A stretch of 64,000 bases of DNA from Actinomycetales bacterium (GTDB lineage: Bacteria; Actinomycetota; Actinomycetes; S36-B12; UBA5976): positions 10,877 through 74,876 of the forward strand of contig JAGWXT010000001.1 in the NCBI GenBank assembly GCA_018969715.1. Reading direction: 5' to 3'. Made by a program: the position numbers and the translations under genes. Below the pieces are notes generated by a model that ran no database searches, had not been told where the DNA came from, and worked only from the letters and a program-made list of their open reading frames with translations. Shown here piece after piece: positions 43,111 through 53,420 of this stretch; the first letter of the stretch is position 1, and the number at the start of each line of letters is the position of its first letter.

Positions 43111-45612
43111 GTGGGTGCTGCGCTGACCGGAGCACCCGACCCGCCGTTGGACCTGCCGGCCCTGCGCACCGAGATCGCCCAACGAGGCGACCTGAGTGCG
43201 CAGGGCCGCAGTGCGCTGCTCGTCGATGCCTACGACACGTGGCTGACCGGGCTGCTCCATCGTGCACGGCAGCCCGCGGGGGTCGTGGGGTCGCGTGCCG
43301 GTCCCGGCCCGGCCGGCGCGCTGGGGCTGGCCCTCGTGGCGGTTGGGGGCCTGGGGCGCCGCGAGGTGAGCCTCGGCAGTGATGTCGACCTGCTGCTGCT
43401 GCACGATCCGCGGCTGGCCGGCGGTGAGGTCGCCGCTCTCGCCGACCGGCTGTGGTACCCGATCTGGGACAGCGGCCTGTCCCTCGATCACGCGGTTCGC
43501 ACGCCGGCCCAGTGCCGATCGGTGGCCGCCGAGGATGTCGCGGTGCTGCTGGGACTGCTCGATGCGCGCGTTATCGCCGGGGATGCCGAGCTGCTCACCA
43601 AGACCCGGGCGGGTGTCCTCGACGACTGGCGGGCCGCGGCGCGGCGCCGGCTGCCGCTGCTGCGGGCGGCGGTCGACCAGCGGCGGGCCACCCACGGCGA
43701 GGCGGCCCATCTGCTGGAGCCTCACCTGAAGGACTCCTACGGGGGTCTGCGCGAGGCGACGATCGCCCGGGCGCTCGCCGCGACGTGGCTGATCGATGTG
43801 CCCCGGGACCGCCTGGCGCAGGCCACCGCCGGGCTGCTCGAGGTTCGAGACGGGCTCCATCGCGTCCTGTTCGATACGCGCGGGGCGATCGGCCTGCGAC
43901 AGCCCGACCTGCTGCGCCGACAGGAGCAGTCGGCCGTGGCGGCCGTGCTGGGGTGGCCCGATGCGGGTGCCCTGCTGCGCCGCACAAGTGAGCACGCACG
44001 GGCCATCGCCCACCTCAGCGATGTGCTGTGGCATGGGATCGGTGCCCGGCTGCGGGATCAGCCCAGTCGGTCTGCGGTGAGTGGGCTCCGACGACGCCGA
44101 TGGCGTCCCGGTGCCGGTGGGGTCGCCGATCCCGGGATGCCCGCGGCGGGCGAGGTGCCGCGGGTGCCGCTGGCCGACGGCGTCGTCACCGAGGCGGGCG
44201 AGGTCGTGCTGGCCCGGGAGGCCGATCCGGCTGCCGATCCGGTGCTGGTGTGGCGGGCCGCGGCTGCCGCCGCCCACGCGGGGCTGCTGCTCTCCCCGGC
44301 GACACTGGACCGACTCGCACGTGCTCCCCGTCCCAACCCCTGGCCCACCGGAGCCCAGGACAGCTTCATCGCTCTGCTGGGGGCCGGACCGGGACTGCTG
44401 CCGGTGTGGGAGTCCCTTGACGAACAGGGGATCATCGAGGCGTGGCTGCCGCAGTGGGCAGCGGTGCGCTTCCTGCCGCAGGACAGTCCGATCCACCGGT
44501 GGACCGTCGACCGCCACCTCGTTGAGACCTGCGTGCAGGCCAGTGCCCTCACCCGCAGCGTCCGACGGCCGGACCTGCTGCTGCTGGCAAGCCTCCTGCA
44601 CGACATCGGCAAGGGGCGTCCGGAGGATCACAGTGTGCTCGGTGCCCGCATCGCAGCCGCGGCTGCCACCCGGATCGGACTGGGAGCCGATGACGCCGCC
44701 TGCCTGCGCACCCTCGTCGCCCACCACCTGCTGCTCATCGACACCGCAACCCGGCGGGATCTTGATGACCCCGTCGTCCTCGATCGAGTGGCCGGCTGCG
44801 TCGGGGACACCGGCACGCTGGAGCTGCTCGTGGCCCTCACGACCGCCGACGCCTGTGCCACGGGAACCGGGGTGTGGAACGACTGGAAGGCGGGACTGGT
44901 GCGCGGCCTGGCACGGCGTGTCGCCGCACGGCTCGGTGGGGAGCCGGTGCCCGCCGAGATGGTGCTCACCGACGCCCAGCGGACGCTCGCCGCCGGGAGC
45001 GGGGCGCACGTCGACATCACGCCCACCGGTAGCGGCACGGCGCGGGTGCTCGTCGTCCACGATGACCGGCAGGGCCTGCTGGCAACCCTCGCCGGGACCC
45101 TCGCCCTGCACCGGATGTCCATTCGCCAGGCGCGGACACTGTCGCTGGGGGAGGCGATGGCCGGGCGGGCGGTCCTGCTGTGCGAGGCAGCCGCGGAGTT
45201 CGGCGACCTGCCCGACCCGGCGCATCTCGCCGCCGACCTGCGCGGTGCCCTCGCCGGCACCCTCGACATCGCGGGTGCGCTGAGCCGGCGCACCCGATCG
45301 CGGCCCGCCGGTGCCCCCGCGCAGGTCGCACCGCAGCCGCATGCGTCAGCACGGGCCACAGTGGTTGAGGTGCGCTGCCATGACGAGCCCGCACTGCTCT
45401 ATCGGCTCGCCGTTGCCCTCAACGCCGCGGGCGCGGACATCACCGGCGCTCACGTCCAGACGCTGGGGGCGGAGGCCGTCGACACCTTCTACCTCGTCGA
45501 CCCGGCCGCCGGGGGTCCGCTGTCGCCAACCGCGCTCACCGGGGTGGTCGCCGCCCTTGATGCGGTGCTCGCCGCGCCCGGCCACCCCGCGACACCGCCC
45601 GGCGCCGGCTAG
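43111..45612 (+). CDS. glnD: [Protein-PII] uridylyl/adenylyl-transferase GlnD
   Basis: GTG at 43111 preceded by GAGAGGAG. NTase region GGLGRREVSLGSDVDLLLL, HD domain LLHDIGKG, and C-terminal ACT-like repeats. Confidence 0.9.
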   Translation: MGAALTGAPDPPLDLPALRTEIAQRGDLSAQGRSALLVDAYDTWLTGLLHRARQPAGVVGSRAGPGPAGALGLALVAVGGLGRREVSLGSDVDLLLLHDPRLAGGEVAALADRLWYPIWDSGLSLDHAVRTPAQCRSVAAEDVAVLLGLLDARVIAGDAELLTKTRAGVLDDWRAAARRRLPLLRAAVDQRRATHGEAAHLLEPHLKDSYGGLREATIARALAATWLIDVPRDRLAQATAGLLEVRDGLHRVLFDTRGAIGLRQPDLLRRQEQSAVAAVLGWPDAGALLRRTSEHARAIAHLSDVLWHGIGARLRDQPSRSAVSGLRRRRWRPGAGGVADPGMPAAGEVPRVPLADGVVTEAGEVVLAREADPAADPVLVWRAAAAAAHAGLLLSPATLDRLARAPRPNPWPTGAQDSFIALLGAGPGLLPVWESLDEQGIIEAWLPQWAAVRFLPQDSPIHRWTVDRHLVETCVQASALTRSVRRPDLLLLASLLHDIGKGRPEDHSVLGARIAAAAATRIGLGADDAACLRTLVAHHLLLIDTATRRDLDDPVVLDRVAGCVGDTGTLELLVALTTADACATGTGVWNDWKAGLVRGLARRVAARLGGEPVPAEMVLTDAQRTLAAGSGAHVDITPTGSGTARVLVVHDDRQGLLATLAGTLALHRMSIRQARTLSLGEAMAGRAVLLCEAAAEFGDLPDPAHLAADLRGALAGTLDIAGALSRRTRSRPAGAPAQVAPQPHASARATVVEVRCHDEPALLYRLAVALNAAGADITGAHVQTLGAEAVDTFYLVDPAAGGPLSPTALTGVVAALDAVLAAPGHPATPPGAG

Positions 45613-45624
45613 CCTGAGGCTGAC

Positions 45625-47166
45625 ATGTTCGCAACGCTCTCCGACCGGCTCAGCGCAACCTTCAAGGGGCTGCGCGGCCGGGGTCGGCTCTCCGATGCCG
45701 ATGTCGACGCGACCCTGCGGGAGATCCGCGCCGCCCTGCTCGATGCGGACGTCGCCCTGCCCGTGGTTGAGCAGTTCACCGAGGCCGTGCGGGTGCGCGC
45801 GGTCGGTGAGGAGGTCCGCGGCTCGCTCAACCCCGCCCAGCAGGTGGTGCGGATCGTCCACGACCAGCTGGTCACCGCCCTCGGTGGGCAGTCGCGCCGG
45901 CTGCGCTACGCCAAGACCCCGCCGACCGTCATCATGCTGCTCGGCCTGCAGGGGGCGGGCAAGACGACGCTCGCGGGCAAGCTCGCACGGCGCCTGGCCG
46001 ATGAGGGGCACACGCCCGTCCTCGTTGCCGCTGACCTGCGCCGCCCCAATGCGGTGGACCAGTTGCGCACGGTCGCGGCCCAGGCGGGGGTGGCGGTCTT
46101 CGCCCCCGAGCCGGGCAATGGTGTCGGCGATCCGGTCGCGGTTGCGCGTCAGGGATGCGAGTACGCGCGCCGTCACGTCCACGATGTCGTCATCGTCGAC
46201 ACCGCCGGACGGTTGGCGATCGATGCCGAGCTCACCGACGAGGCCGCCCAGATCAAGGCGGCCATCTCCCCGGATGAGGTGCTGCTCGTCGTCGACGCGA
46301 TGATCGGGCAGGACGCGGTCGTCACGGCGACGTCCTTCGCCGACAGCGTCGGCTTCGACGGGGTGGTGCTGACCAAGCTCGATGGCGATGCGCGCGGCGG
46401 TGCGGCGCTGTCCCTCGTGGGGGTCACCGGGCTGCCGATCATGTTCGCCTCGGTGGGGGAGCGGCTGACCGACCTGGAGGTCTTCCACCCGGATCGAATG
46501 GCCTCCCGGATCCTCGACATGGGCGACGTCCTCACCCTCATCGAGCAGGCGGAGCGTGCCTTCGATGCCGATCAGACCGCCCGGTACGCGCGCCGCCTGG
46601 CCAGTGGCGAGGACTTCACCCTCACGGACTTCCTCGAGCAGCTGCAGTCGCTGAAGTCGATGGGCTCGATGGGGGCGCTGCTGAAGATGATGCCCGGGGG
46701 TGCGCAGGCCCGGGCGCAGATCGATGCCCTCGATGAGCGCGATCTGGTTCACATGGAGGCGGTGATCCGATCGATGACCCCCGCTGAGCGGGCGGACCCC
46801 CGGATCCTCGACGGTCGGCGACGGGCGCGCATCGCCCGCGGCTCCGGTGTCCAGGTGTCCTTCGTCAACCAGCTGCTCACCCGCTTCACGCAGGCCCAGA
46901 AACTCATGCGGCGGGCGGCGACCAAGGGTGGGGCGAGCGCCCTCGCCGAGGCGGGGCTGCCTGCGATGCCGGCGGGGATCCCGCCGGGGTCGCTCGGGCC
47001 CCTGCACGGCGGCCAGTCCCACCGCGGCGGCAAGCAGGTGAAGAAGGGCAAGGGAGCCAAGGGGCGCAGTGGCAACCCGGCCAAGCGCGCGGCCGCGGAT
47101 CGGCCCGAGCAGCCGGCTGCGGCGCAGCCGGTGGCCGGCAGTGGGTTCCTGCGCGCGGGTGGTTGA
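45625..47166 (+). CDS. ffh: Signal recognition particle protein Ffh
   Basis: Contains GLQGAGKTT, DTAGR and TKLDGD, with a Met-rich M domain (LKSMGSMGALLKMMPG). Confidence 0.95.
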   Translation: MFATLSDRLSATFKGLRGRGRLSDADVDATLREIRAALLDADVALPVVEQFTEAVRVRAVGEEVRGSLNPAQQVVRIVHDQLVTALGGQSRRLRYAKTPPTVIMLLGLQGAGKTTLAGKLARRLADEGHTPVLVAADLRRPNAVDQLRTVAAQAGVAVFAPEPGNGVGDPVAVARQGCEYARRHVHDVVIVDTAGRLAIDAELTDEAAQIKAAISPDEVLLVVDAMIGQDAVVTATSFADSVGFDGVVLTKLDGDARGGAALSLVGVTGLPIMFASVGERLTDLEVFHPDRMASRILDMGDVLTLIEQAERAFDADQTARYARRLASGEDFTLTDFLEQLQSLKSMGSMGALLKMMPGGAQARAQIDALDERDLVHMEAVIRSMTPAERADPRILDGRRRARIARGSGVQVSFVNQLLTRFTQAQKLMRRAATKGGASALAEAGLPAMPAGIPPGSLGPLHGGQSHRGGKQVKKGKGAKGRSGNPAKRAAADRPEQPAAAQPVAGSGFLRAGG

Positions 47167-47169
47167 CGC

Positions 47170-48336
47170 GTGAGGGTGAACGCCTTCGGCCGCGTGGTCG
47201 GTGGGCTGGTGGTTGGGGTGCTGGTGGTTGGGGGGCTGGTGGGATCCAGTGCGGGTGCAGTGCCGGTGGCGAGTCCGGCCGAAGTGGCGCCAGCCGGCGC
47301 GGGAGTCGTGGCGCAACCGGCGATCGACAACATCACCTTGCACATCCAGCCGGGAGCCGGATACCGGCCTATCACTGACTTCATCGGCGCAGCCCGACGG
47401 ACACTTGACTACAACATCTACCAGTTCAACGATGAAACGATCGCCGATGCGTTGATCGCGGCACACAGGCGTGGCGTCAAGGTGCGCGTCATGTTCACAT
47501 GGCAGGTGTTTCCGGCGGGCAGCAACCAATGGAACCCGGCGAGCCCCTACTACAACACGAACATGCCCACCTACTACCGGCTGAGGGCTGCCGGAGTGAA
47601 GGTGCGGCTCAGTCCGTATCGCTACACCTACAGCCACGAGAAGACCATGGTGGCCGATGGGAGCACGCGCGAGGGCCGCGCGCTGATCATGGACTTCAAT
47701 GCCCAGCCGTCCTACATCGTGCCGACACCGGGGTTGCTGGGCACACGTGGTTTCGCGATCACCACCGGGAATCAATTCGATGTTCACGAGATTCAGCGGG
47801 TCTTCGACGCTGATTGGAATCGGCTTACCCCACCGGCGTATGCGAGTCCGCGACTGGTCTGGTCACCCAGCGGTGTGGGGTATCAGCCGCCGAGCCAGGG
47901 CAAGCAGCGCATCTTCGAGGTGATCGATGGTGCGCGGAGGTCAGTTGATGTATACGCGTTGCTGCTGGACTACCTGTCCTTCCAGAAGCGACTGATGGCT
48001 GCGGCCGAGCGGGGAGTGAGAGTGCGCGTCATCACCAACAGTGAACCCTCCCCCATGACATCAGGGCAGGCGATGGCGCTGACCGACGCTGGGGTTGAGA
48101 TCCGGGTCGATCCCACCTACCCCGCGGGGCCGATATTCGTGCATTCCAAGGCGATCATCCGTGACGCTGGCAGCGCCAGTGCGGTGGCGTTTGTCGGGTC
48201 CCAGAACCCCGGTGACAACGTGTCCACGAATTCCGAGCGGGAACTGGGGATTCTGATCGGCAATCCGGGTGTGATTGAGCGCATGCATCGGGTGTTCGTG
48301 AGCGATTGGGTGCGCACCAGACCCGGCGACCCGTGA
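47170..48336 (+). CDS. Secreted phospholipase D-like (HKD) family protein
   Basis: Signal/TM segment VVGGLVVGVLVVGGLVGSSAGA and two HKD motifs (YSHEKTMVAD and VHSKAIIRD...GSQN). More AT-rich than its neighbours. Confidence 0.8.
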   Translation: MRVNAFGRVVGGLVVGVLVVGGLVGSSAGAVPVASPAEVAPAGAGVVAQPAIDNITLHIQPGAGYRPITDFIGAARRTLDYNIYQFNDETIADALIAAHRRGVKVRVMFTWQVFPAGSNQWNPASPYYNTNMPTYYRLRAAGVKVRLSPYRYTYSHEKTMVADGSTREGRALIMDFNAQPSYIVPTPGLLGTRGFAITTGNQFDVHEIQRVFDADWNRLTPPAYASPRLVWSPSGVGYQPPSQGKQRIFEVIDGARRSVDVYALLLDYLSFQKRLMAAAERGVRVRVITNSEPSPMTSGQAMALTDAGVEIRVDPTYPAGPIFVHSKAIIRDAGSASAVAFVGSQNPGDNVSTNSERELGILIGNPGVIERMHRVFVSDWVRTRPGDP

Positions 48337-48570
48337 TCGACATCGCGGGTCTCGCGTGCCCGCAAGTGCCCGGACGGGCTGGACGGCGGGCATTGCCCAG
48401 CCCCCGGTAGGAGCGGTGAGTCGGGTACCGCAACCCGGTGGCCAGACGGGAGGGACGACTCTGGCAGGATGTAGGGGGGTCGGCGCCGTTGCCGTCCACC
48501 TCGCGTGCTCCCCGACTTGTGATCGGAGCGCCGCAGCCGGAACCGTCGAGTGTTGGGAGTCGCGCGACCC

Positions 48571-49122
48571 GTGGCAGTCAAGATCAGGCTCAAGCGGATG
48601 GGCAAGATCCGCGTCCCGCAGTACCGCATCGTCGTGTCCGATGCCCGGCGGGCCCGGGGTGGTCGGGCGATCGAGGAGATCGGCCTGTACCACCCGAAGG
48701 AGGATCCCTCCCGGATCGTGGTGAAGGCCGACCGGGTTGCCTACTGGCTTGGTGTGGGCGCCCAGCCCACTGAGCCGGTGCGGGCGATCCTGCGGGTGAC
48801 CGGGGACTGGCAGCGCTTCACTGGTGAGCCGGGGGCCGAGGGCACCCTCCGGGTCGCTCCGCCCAAGCCCGACCGCCGCGCCGCATACGAGGCTGCGGTC
48901 GTCGAGGCCATCACGCTCAAGGAGAAGGCCAGCAGCGGGGACGGCGAGGCGGCGAAGGCGTCGGGGGCGAAGAAGAAGGCCGCCGCGGGTCGCACGAAGG
49001 GCGCCGAGGTGAGTGAGGGTGCCGTCGATGCTGTGGCCGAGGGCGATGCTGTGGCCGAGGGCGATGCTGCGGCCGAGGGCGAGGCGTCGGGCGATGTGCG
49101 AGCCGAGGACGCCGGTGCTTGA
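48571..49122 (+). CDS. rpsP: 30S ribosomal protein S16 with a long acidic/Ala-rich C-terminal extension
   Basis: GTG at 48571 gives [22 protein letters not shown]. The tail contains an 18-bp x3 repeat (AVAEGD). Confidence 0.9.
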   Translation: MAVKIRLKRMGKIRVPQYRIVVSDARRARGGRAIEEIGLYHPKEDPSRIVVKADRVAYWLGVGAQPTEPVRAILRVTGDWQRFTGEPGAEGTLRVAPPKPDRRAAYEAAVVEAITLKEKASSGDGEAAKASGAKKKAAAGRTKGAEVSEGAVDAVAEGDAVAEGDAAAEGEASGDVRAEDAGA

Positions 49123-49354
49123 GCGGGCGGTTGAGCACCTCGTGCGCGGCATCGTGGACAATCCCGATGACGTGTTCGTCACGGCGCGCTCCGGCCGGCG
49201 GGGCCCCACCCTCGAGGTGCAGGTGCACGCCGACGACATGGGACGGGTGATCGGTCGCGCCGGCCGCACAGCAACCGCGTTCCGCACGGTCATCCACGCC
49301 CTGCCCGGTGGCCGCGGAACGCGCATCGACTTTGTCGGCAGCGACGAGGTCTGA
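49115..49354 (+). CDS. KH-domain RNA-binding protein (YlqC-like)
   Basis: Contains [23 protein letters not shown] (a GxxG KH motif). The start is GTG 49115 or ATG 49094. Confidence 0.75.
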   Translation: MLERAVEHLVRGIVDNPDDVFVTARSGRRGPTLEVQVHADDMGRVIGRAGRTATAFRTVIHALPGGRGTRIDFVGSDEV

Positions 49355-49367
49355 ACCGCCCTCGCAG

Positions 49368-49982
49368 GTGAGGGTCACCGTGGGCCGGATCGCCCGCGCA
49401 CACGGGATCCACGGTGAGGTCAGCGTCGTCCCCCTGACCGATGCCATCGAGGAGCGCTTCGCCGCCGGAGCACTGCTCCACCTCGACTCCGGTCACCGCA
49501 CGACCGGTGCCGTGCGCGGGGCGGGCGGCGGCCCGGGGACGTTCGCCGCGGGACTGCATGTTGAGCGGGTGCGCTGGCACCATGGCCGGCTGCTGATCGC
49601 GTTCGCCGAGGTGGTCGATCGCACGACCGCCGAGACCCTGCGCGGACTGCGACTGACCGCCCCGGCCAGCACCCTGGCGGCACCGACCGACCCGGATGAG
49701 TTTCTCGACCGGGAGCTCATCGGCATGAGCGTCGTGGCACTCGGCGGAGAGGCCGTCGGCACCGTGACCGATGTGGTCCACCTGCCCGGTCAGGACCTGC
49801 TCGCGGTCGCGACCGCACGTGGCGAGTCGCTGATCCCGTTCGTTGCCGCCATCGTTCCCCAGGTCGACCGGGGGACCGCGACGATCACCATCGATCCGCC
49901 GCCCGGCCTGCTCGACCTGGGCTCGCCCGGGGTGGACCTGCCCGGGGTGCCCGAGGATCCCGCGTGCGGATCGACGTCGTAA
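49368..49982 (+). CDS. rimM: Ribosome maturation factor RimM
   Basis: VRVTVGRIARAHGIHGEVSV is the typical RimM N-terminus. A PRC-barrel-like C-terminus is present. Confidence 0.85.
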   Translation: MRVTVGRIARAHGIHGEVSVVPLTDAIEERFAAGALLHLDSGHRTTGAVRGAGGGPGTFAAGLHVERVRWHHGRLLIAFAEVVDRTTAETLRGLRLTAPASTLAAPTDPDEFLDRELIGMSVVALGGEAVGTVTDVVHLPGQDLLAVATARGESLIPFVAAIVPQVDRGTATITIDPPPGLLDLGSPGVDLPGVPEDPACGSTS

Positions 49983-50755
49983 CGATCTTCCCGTCCTACT
50001 TCACCCCGCTGGGGGAGTCACTCATCGGCCGGGCGATCACGGAGGGTCGGCTGGCGGTCGGCATCCACGACCTGCGGCAGTGGACGGACGATCCCCACCG
50101 CACCGTTGACGATGCGCCCTATGGCGGCGGGCCGGGCATGCTCATGACCCCGGTGCCGTGGGGGCGGGCCCTTGACGAGACGCTGCTGCTGCGGCCGCCG
50201 CCAGCGGCTGGCAGCGTCCTGGTCATTCCGACGCCGTCGGGTCGGCGGTTCACCCAGGGCGATGCGGAGAACCTCGTCAGCACGGGCCACGTGGTCATCG
50301 CCTGCGGCCGCTATGAGGGGATCGATGCGCGCGTCGCCGAGCACTACCGTGCCCGCGCCGAGGCCACGGCTGGCGCCGAGCATCCCGAGGCGGCACGCCT
50401 GCGCGTGGCGGAGGTGAGCCTGTGCGATGCGGTCCTCGCCGGTGGGGAGGTCGCGGCACTGGCGATCATCGAGGCCGCGGCGCGACTGCTGCCCGGTGTG
50501 CTCGGCAATGCGGACAGTCCCCGCGAGGACTCCTTCGGCCCGGTGTGGGACGGGCTGGTCGAGGGCCCGTCGTACACCCGACCCGAGCAGTGGCGGGGGC
50601 TGACCGTCCCGGCGGTCCTGCGATCGGGTGATCATGGGGCGATCACACGCTGGCGTCGCGCGCAGGCGCAGGCGCGGACGCGCATCATGCGCCCGGATCT
50701 CCTGCGCACGGCGCCGGGCGACGATCCCGGTGAGCCCGGCGCTCAGGCCCCCTGA
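49964..50755 (+). CDS. trmD: tRNA (guanine37-N1)-methyltransferase
   Basis: Contains (M)RIDVVTIFPSYF, DDAPYGGGPGMLM and ACGRYEGIDARV. Confidence 0.9.
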   Translation: MRIDVVTIFPSYFTPLGESLIGRAITEGRLAVGIHDLRQWTDDPHRTVDDAPYGGGPGMLMTPVPWGRALDETLLLRPPPAAGSVLVIPTPSGRRFTQGDAENLVSTGHVVIACGRYEGIDARVAEHYRARAEATAGAEHPEAARLRVAEVSLCDAVLAGGEVAALAIIEAAARLLPGVLGNADSPREDSFGPVWDGLVEGPSYTRPEQWRGLTVPAVLRSGDHGAITRWRRAQAQARTRIMRPDLLRTAPGDDPGEPGAQAP

Positions 50756-51474
50756 GTCATCGCCCACATCGTCCACTGCGTTGTCCGCAGTCGACGAGGC
50801 TGACGCAGGACGGTGAGGACCGCCCCGGCGACGTCCTCCGCGGTGAGCACCTCCGACAGCCAGGGGTCTCCCGGGGTGCGACCGGTGCCGAGTGCGAATT
50901 CCGTGTCGATCGCGGCCGGGCACATCGCCGTCACGCGGATGCCCGAGGTTCGCAGCTCGCGGTCGAGGGCGCCGGCCAGCCCGACCTGGGCGAACTTGGT
51001 TGCCGCGTACACCGCCTCGTTGCCGTCACCGCGCAGGCCGGCAACGGAGGCGATGATGACGATGTCGCCGCCGCCGCTGAGCAGGGCGGGCACCGCCGCC
51101 CGGACAGCCCACACCGTCCCGTCGATGTTGGTGCGAAGCATGGTGGCGAGCAGGTCATCGCTGCGGTCGAGGATGCCACCGTAGGCGCCCATGCCAGCGC
51201 TGACGACGATCGAGTCCAGGCGCCCGAAGCGCTCAACCGCCGCCCGGACCAGGGCGGCACTGGTTGCCGGCTCGGCAATGTCCCCCGCAACCCATGTGAC
51301 GTGGTCGGGACCGAGGGAATCGGCAAGCTCCTGCAGGCGGTGCTCCCGGCGGCCGGTCAGCGCCAGTCGTGCTCCGGCCGCCGCCAGCAACTGGGCGACA
51401 GCGCGACCGACACCTGATGTCGCACCGGTGATGGCCACGACGCTGCCGGCAAGCTCGCGGGTCTCAGCTGGCAT
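50743..51474 (-). CDS. Short-chain dehydrogenase/reductase
   Basis: ATG at 51474 preceded by AAGGAGG. Contains ITGATSGVGRA and the YxxxK motif YAATKFA. Confidence 0.85.
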   Translation of the reverse strand: MPAETRELAGSVVAITGATSGVGRAVAQLLAAAGARLALTGRREHRLQELADSLGPDHVTWVAGDIAEPATSAALVRAAVERFGRLDSIVVSAGMGAYGGILDRSDDLLATMLRTNIDGTVWAVRAAVPALLSGGGDIVIIASVAGLRGDGNEAVYAATKFAQVGLAGALDRELRTSGIRVTAMCPAAIDTEFALGTGRTPGDPWLSEVLTAEDVAGAVLTVLRQPRRLRTTQWTMWAMTQGA

Positions 51475-51675
51475 GGGTCCTCCTTGGGTCGCAGGTGGGT
51501 GGGATGACGTTGACCGTGGCCCCTGCTCCGTCACCGGTCGTGCCCATTCTCGCCTGCAGGTCGGGTGGCCGGCTGATGCGCTGCGGAAGGCGGTGGCGGG
51601 CGGCACGGGTAGGGTCGGATTCATTGACAGTCGGCCGGCGAGGTCAGCGACCCGATCAGCAAAAGGGGAGGCGTC

Positions 51676-51969
51676 ATGGTGCAGTCACCACAGCCCGGTG
51701 ATGTGAGCACGGGCGAGGACGACGTGGTCGAGATCGGTAGCGATGTCGTCATTGAGGTGGTCCTCGACGACAACGATGAGGTCATCGGTGCGATCACCGA
51801 CGAGGTGACGGTGATCACCGGCCCGGCGGGCTCGATCGTCGATGAGGTCGTTGACATCCTCGACGCTGATGGATCGCTCCTTGCCGAGGATGAGCGAATC
51901 AGCGTCTACGACGCGGACGGCTCGCTGGTCGCCGCGGATGAGCGCGTGGTCATCGCCCTGGAGCCGTGA
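51676..51969 (+). CDS. Small, highly acidic Asp/Val/Glu-rich hypothetical protein
   Basis: 97-aa ORF preceded by AAAGGGGAGG. Repetitive D/E/V composition. No family recognised. Confidence 0.45.
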   Translation: MVQSPQPGDVSTGEDDVVEIGSDVVIEVVLDDNDEVIGAITDEVTVITGPAGSIVDEVVDILDADGSLLAEDERISVYDADGSLVAADERVVIALEP

Positions 51970-52150
51970 GCCCCGGGCACGCGGTGAGCGTGACCGTCCC
52001 CGCACTCGGCTGGGTGTGCGTGCGATACACCCGCGGTGCGTCAACGCAGGACCAGTGGACCCTGCAGTAGCGGGATCGGTCCACCCGGCAAGCGGGGGGT
52101 GTCGGAGGCCATAGGACGGATGTGGCACGATGAGGCCACCGCACCGTTCC

Positions 52151-52178
52151 TTGACCCTGCCGCAGGGGGGTCTATGCA
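52151..52178 (+). promoter_or_regulatory. Candidate sigma-70-type promoter of rplS
   Basis: TTGACC (52151-52156), a 16-nt spacer, then TATGCA (52173-52178), ~58 nt upstream of the rplS ATG. Confidence 0.3.
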
Positions 52179-52235
52179 TGCCCGGAGCGGGACTTTGGCC
52201 CCCAGGCGACCAGCGGCGCCGGCAAAGGAGAGCAG

Positions 52236-52664
52236 ATGCAGCCACTTGATGCTGTCGATGCCGCGTCCGTACGCGACGACATTCCCAGTTTCCGTCCCGG
52301 GGACACCGTGCGGGTCCATGTGCGGGTCATTGAGGGCACCCGCTCGCGTATTCAGGTCTTCCAAGGGGTCGTGACCCGCCGCCAGGGTGCCGGGATCCGC
52401 GAGAGCTTCACCGTGCGCAAGATCAGCTTTGGTACCGGCGTTGAGCGCACCTTCCCCGTGCACTCCCCGATCCTGGAGCGCATTGAACTGGTCACCCACG
52501 GGGACGTCCGGCGCGCCAAGCTCTACTACCTGCGAGGCCTGCGGGGGAAGGCGGCCAAGATTCGCGAGCGGCGAGGCGGTCGGGGCAGTGCCGCGGCGGC
52601 TGCCGTGGGTGCCGGGTCCGGTGACGCCGCAGTGGTGGCCGAAGGAGATGCCGAGGCCAGCTGA
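52236..52664 (+). CDS. rplS: 50S ribosomal protein L19
   Basis: Contains [28 protein letters not shown] and a C-terminal Gly/Ala extension. Confidence 0.9.
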   Translation: MQPLDAVDAASVRDDIPSFRPGDTVRVHVRVIEGTRSRIQVFQGVVTRRQGAGIRESFTVRKISFGTGVERTFPVHSPILERIELVTHGDVRRAKLYYLRGLRGKAAKIRERRGGRGSAAAAAVGAGSGDAAVVAEGDAEAS

Positions 52665-52698
52665 CCGTCGCGGTCAGCTCACCTTGCACTCGACTGCC

Positions 52699-53397
52699 AT
52701 GAGCCGCTCCTCCGACGACGACGCCAGTGGTCTGATGGCGTTCCTGCGGGAGGCGATCATCGTCGTCGTCACCGCGCTGATCCTGTCGGCACTGGTGCGG
52801 GCCTTCCTGGTGCAGGCCTTCTACGTGCCGAGTGGATCCATGGAGAGCACCCTGCTCGTGGATGACCGCATCGTCGCCTCGAAGATCACCACCCGCATGC
52901 AGGGCGTCGAGCGCGGCCAGATCGTGGTGTTCCGTGACCCGGGTGGCTGGCTGCCCGAGGCGGCGCCGGTGAGCGGCGCGCGTGGGGCGTTGCGCACTGC
53001 GCTGACGTTCCTCGGACTGATCCCCGCCGGATCCGGGGAGGACCTGGTCAAGCGGGTCGTCGCGGTCGGTGGCGATCGCATCGCCTGCTGTGATGACAGC
53101 GGCCGGCTGCAGCTCAACGGCGAGCCGCTGGACGAGAGTGCCTACCTCATGCCGGGAACGCCCACCGATCAAGTGGACTTCGACGTCACTGTTCCAGACG
53201 GACATGTCTTCGTCATGGGTGACAACCGCGGCAACTCCCTGGACTCGCGCTACCACCTGGCCGTCGCCGATGGCGGCGTTCCGGTGTCGTCGGTCGTCGG
53301 ACGGGTGGTGCTGCGCATGTGGCCATTCGACCGGTTCGGCACGGTCGCCGCGCCGCTGGGCCCGCAGCCGGTGCCAGCCGGTGCCAGCCGCTCCTGA
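52699..53397 (+). CDS. lepB: Signal peptidase I
   Basis: ATG at 52699. TM anchor, catalytic-Ser box SGSMESTL, KRVVAVGGD and GDNRGNSLDSR. Confidence 0.9.
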   Translation: MSRSSDDDASGLMAFLREAIIVVVTALILSALVRAFLVQAFYVPSGSMESTLLVDDRIVASKITTRMQGVERGQIVVFRDPGGWLPEAAPVSGARGALRTALTFLGLIPAGSGEDLVKRVVAVGGDRIACCDDSGRLQLNGEPLDESAYLMPGTPTDQVDFDVTVPDGHVFVMGDNRGNSLDSRYHLAVADGGVPVSSVVGRVVLRMWPFDRFGTVAAPLGPQPVPAGASRS

Positions 53398-53420
53398 GCA
53401 GGCTCCGACCCCCATCTGAG

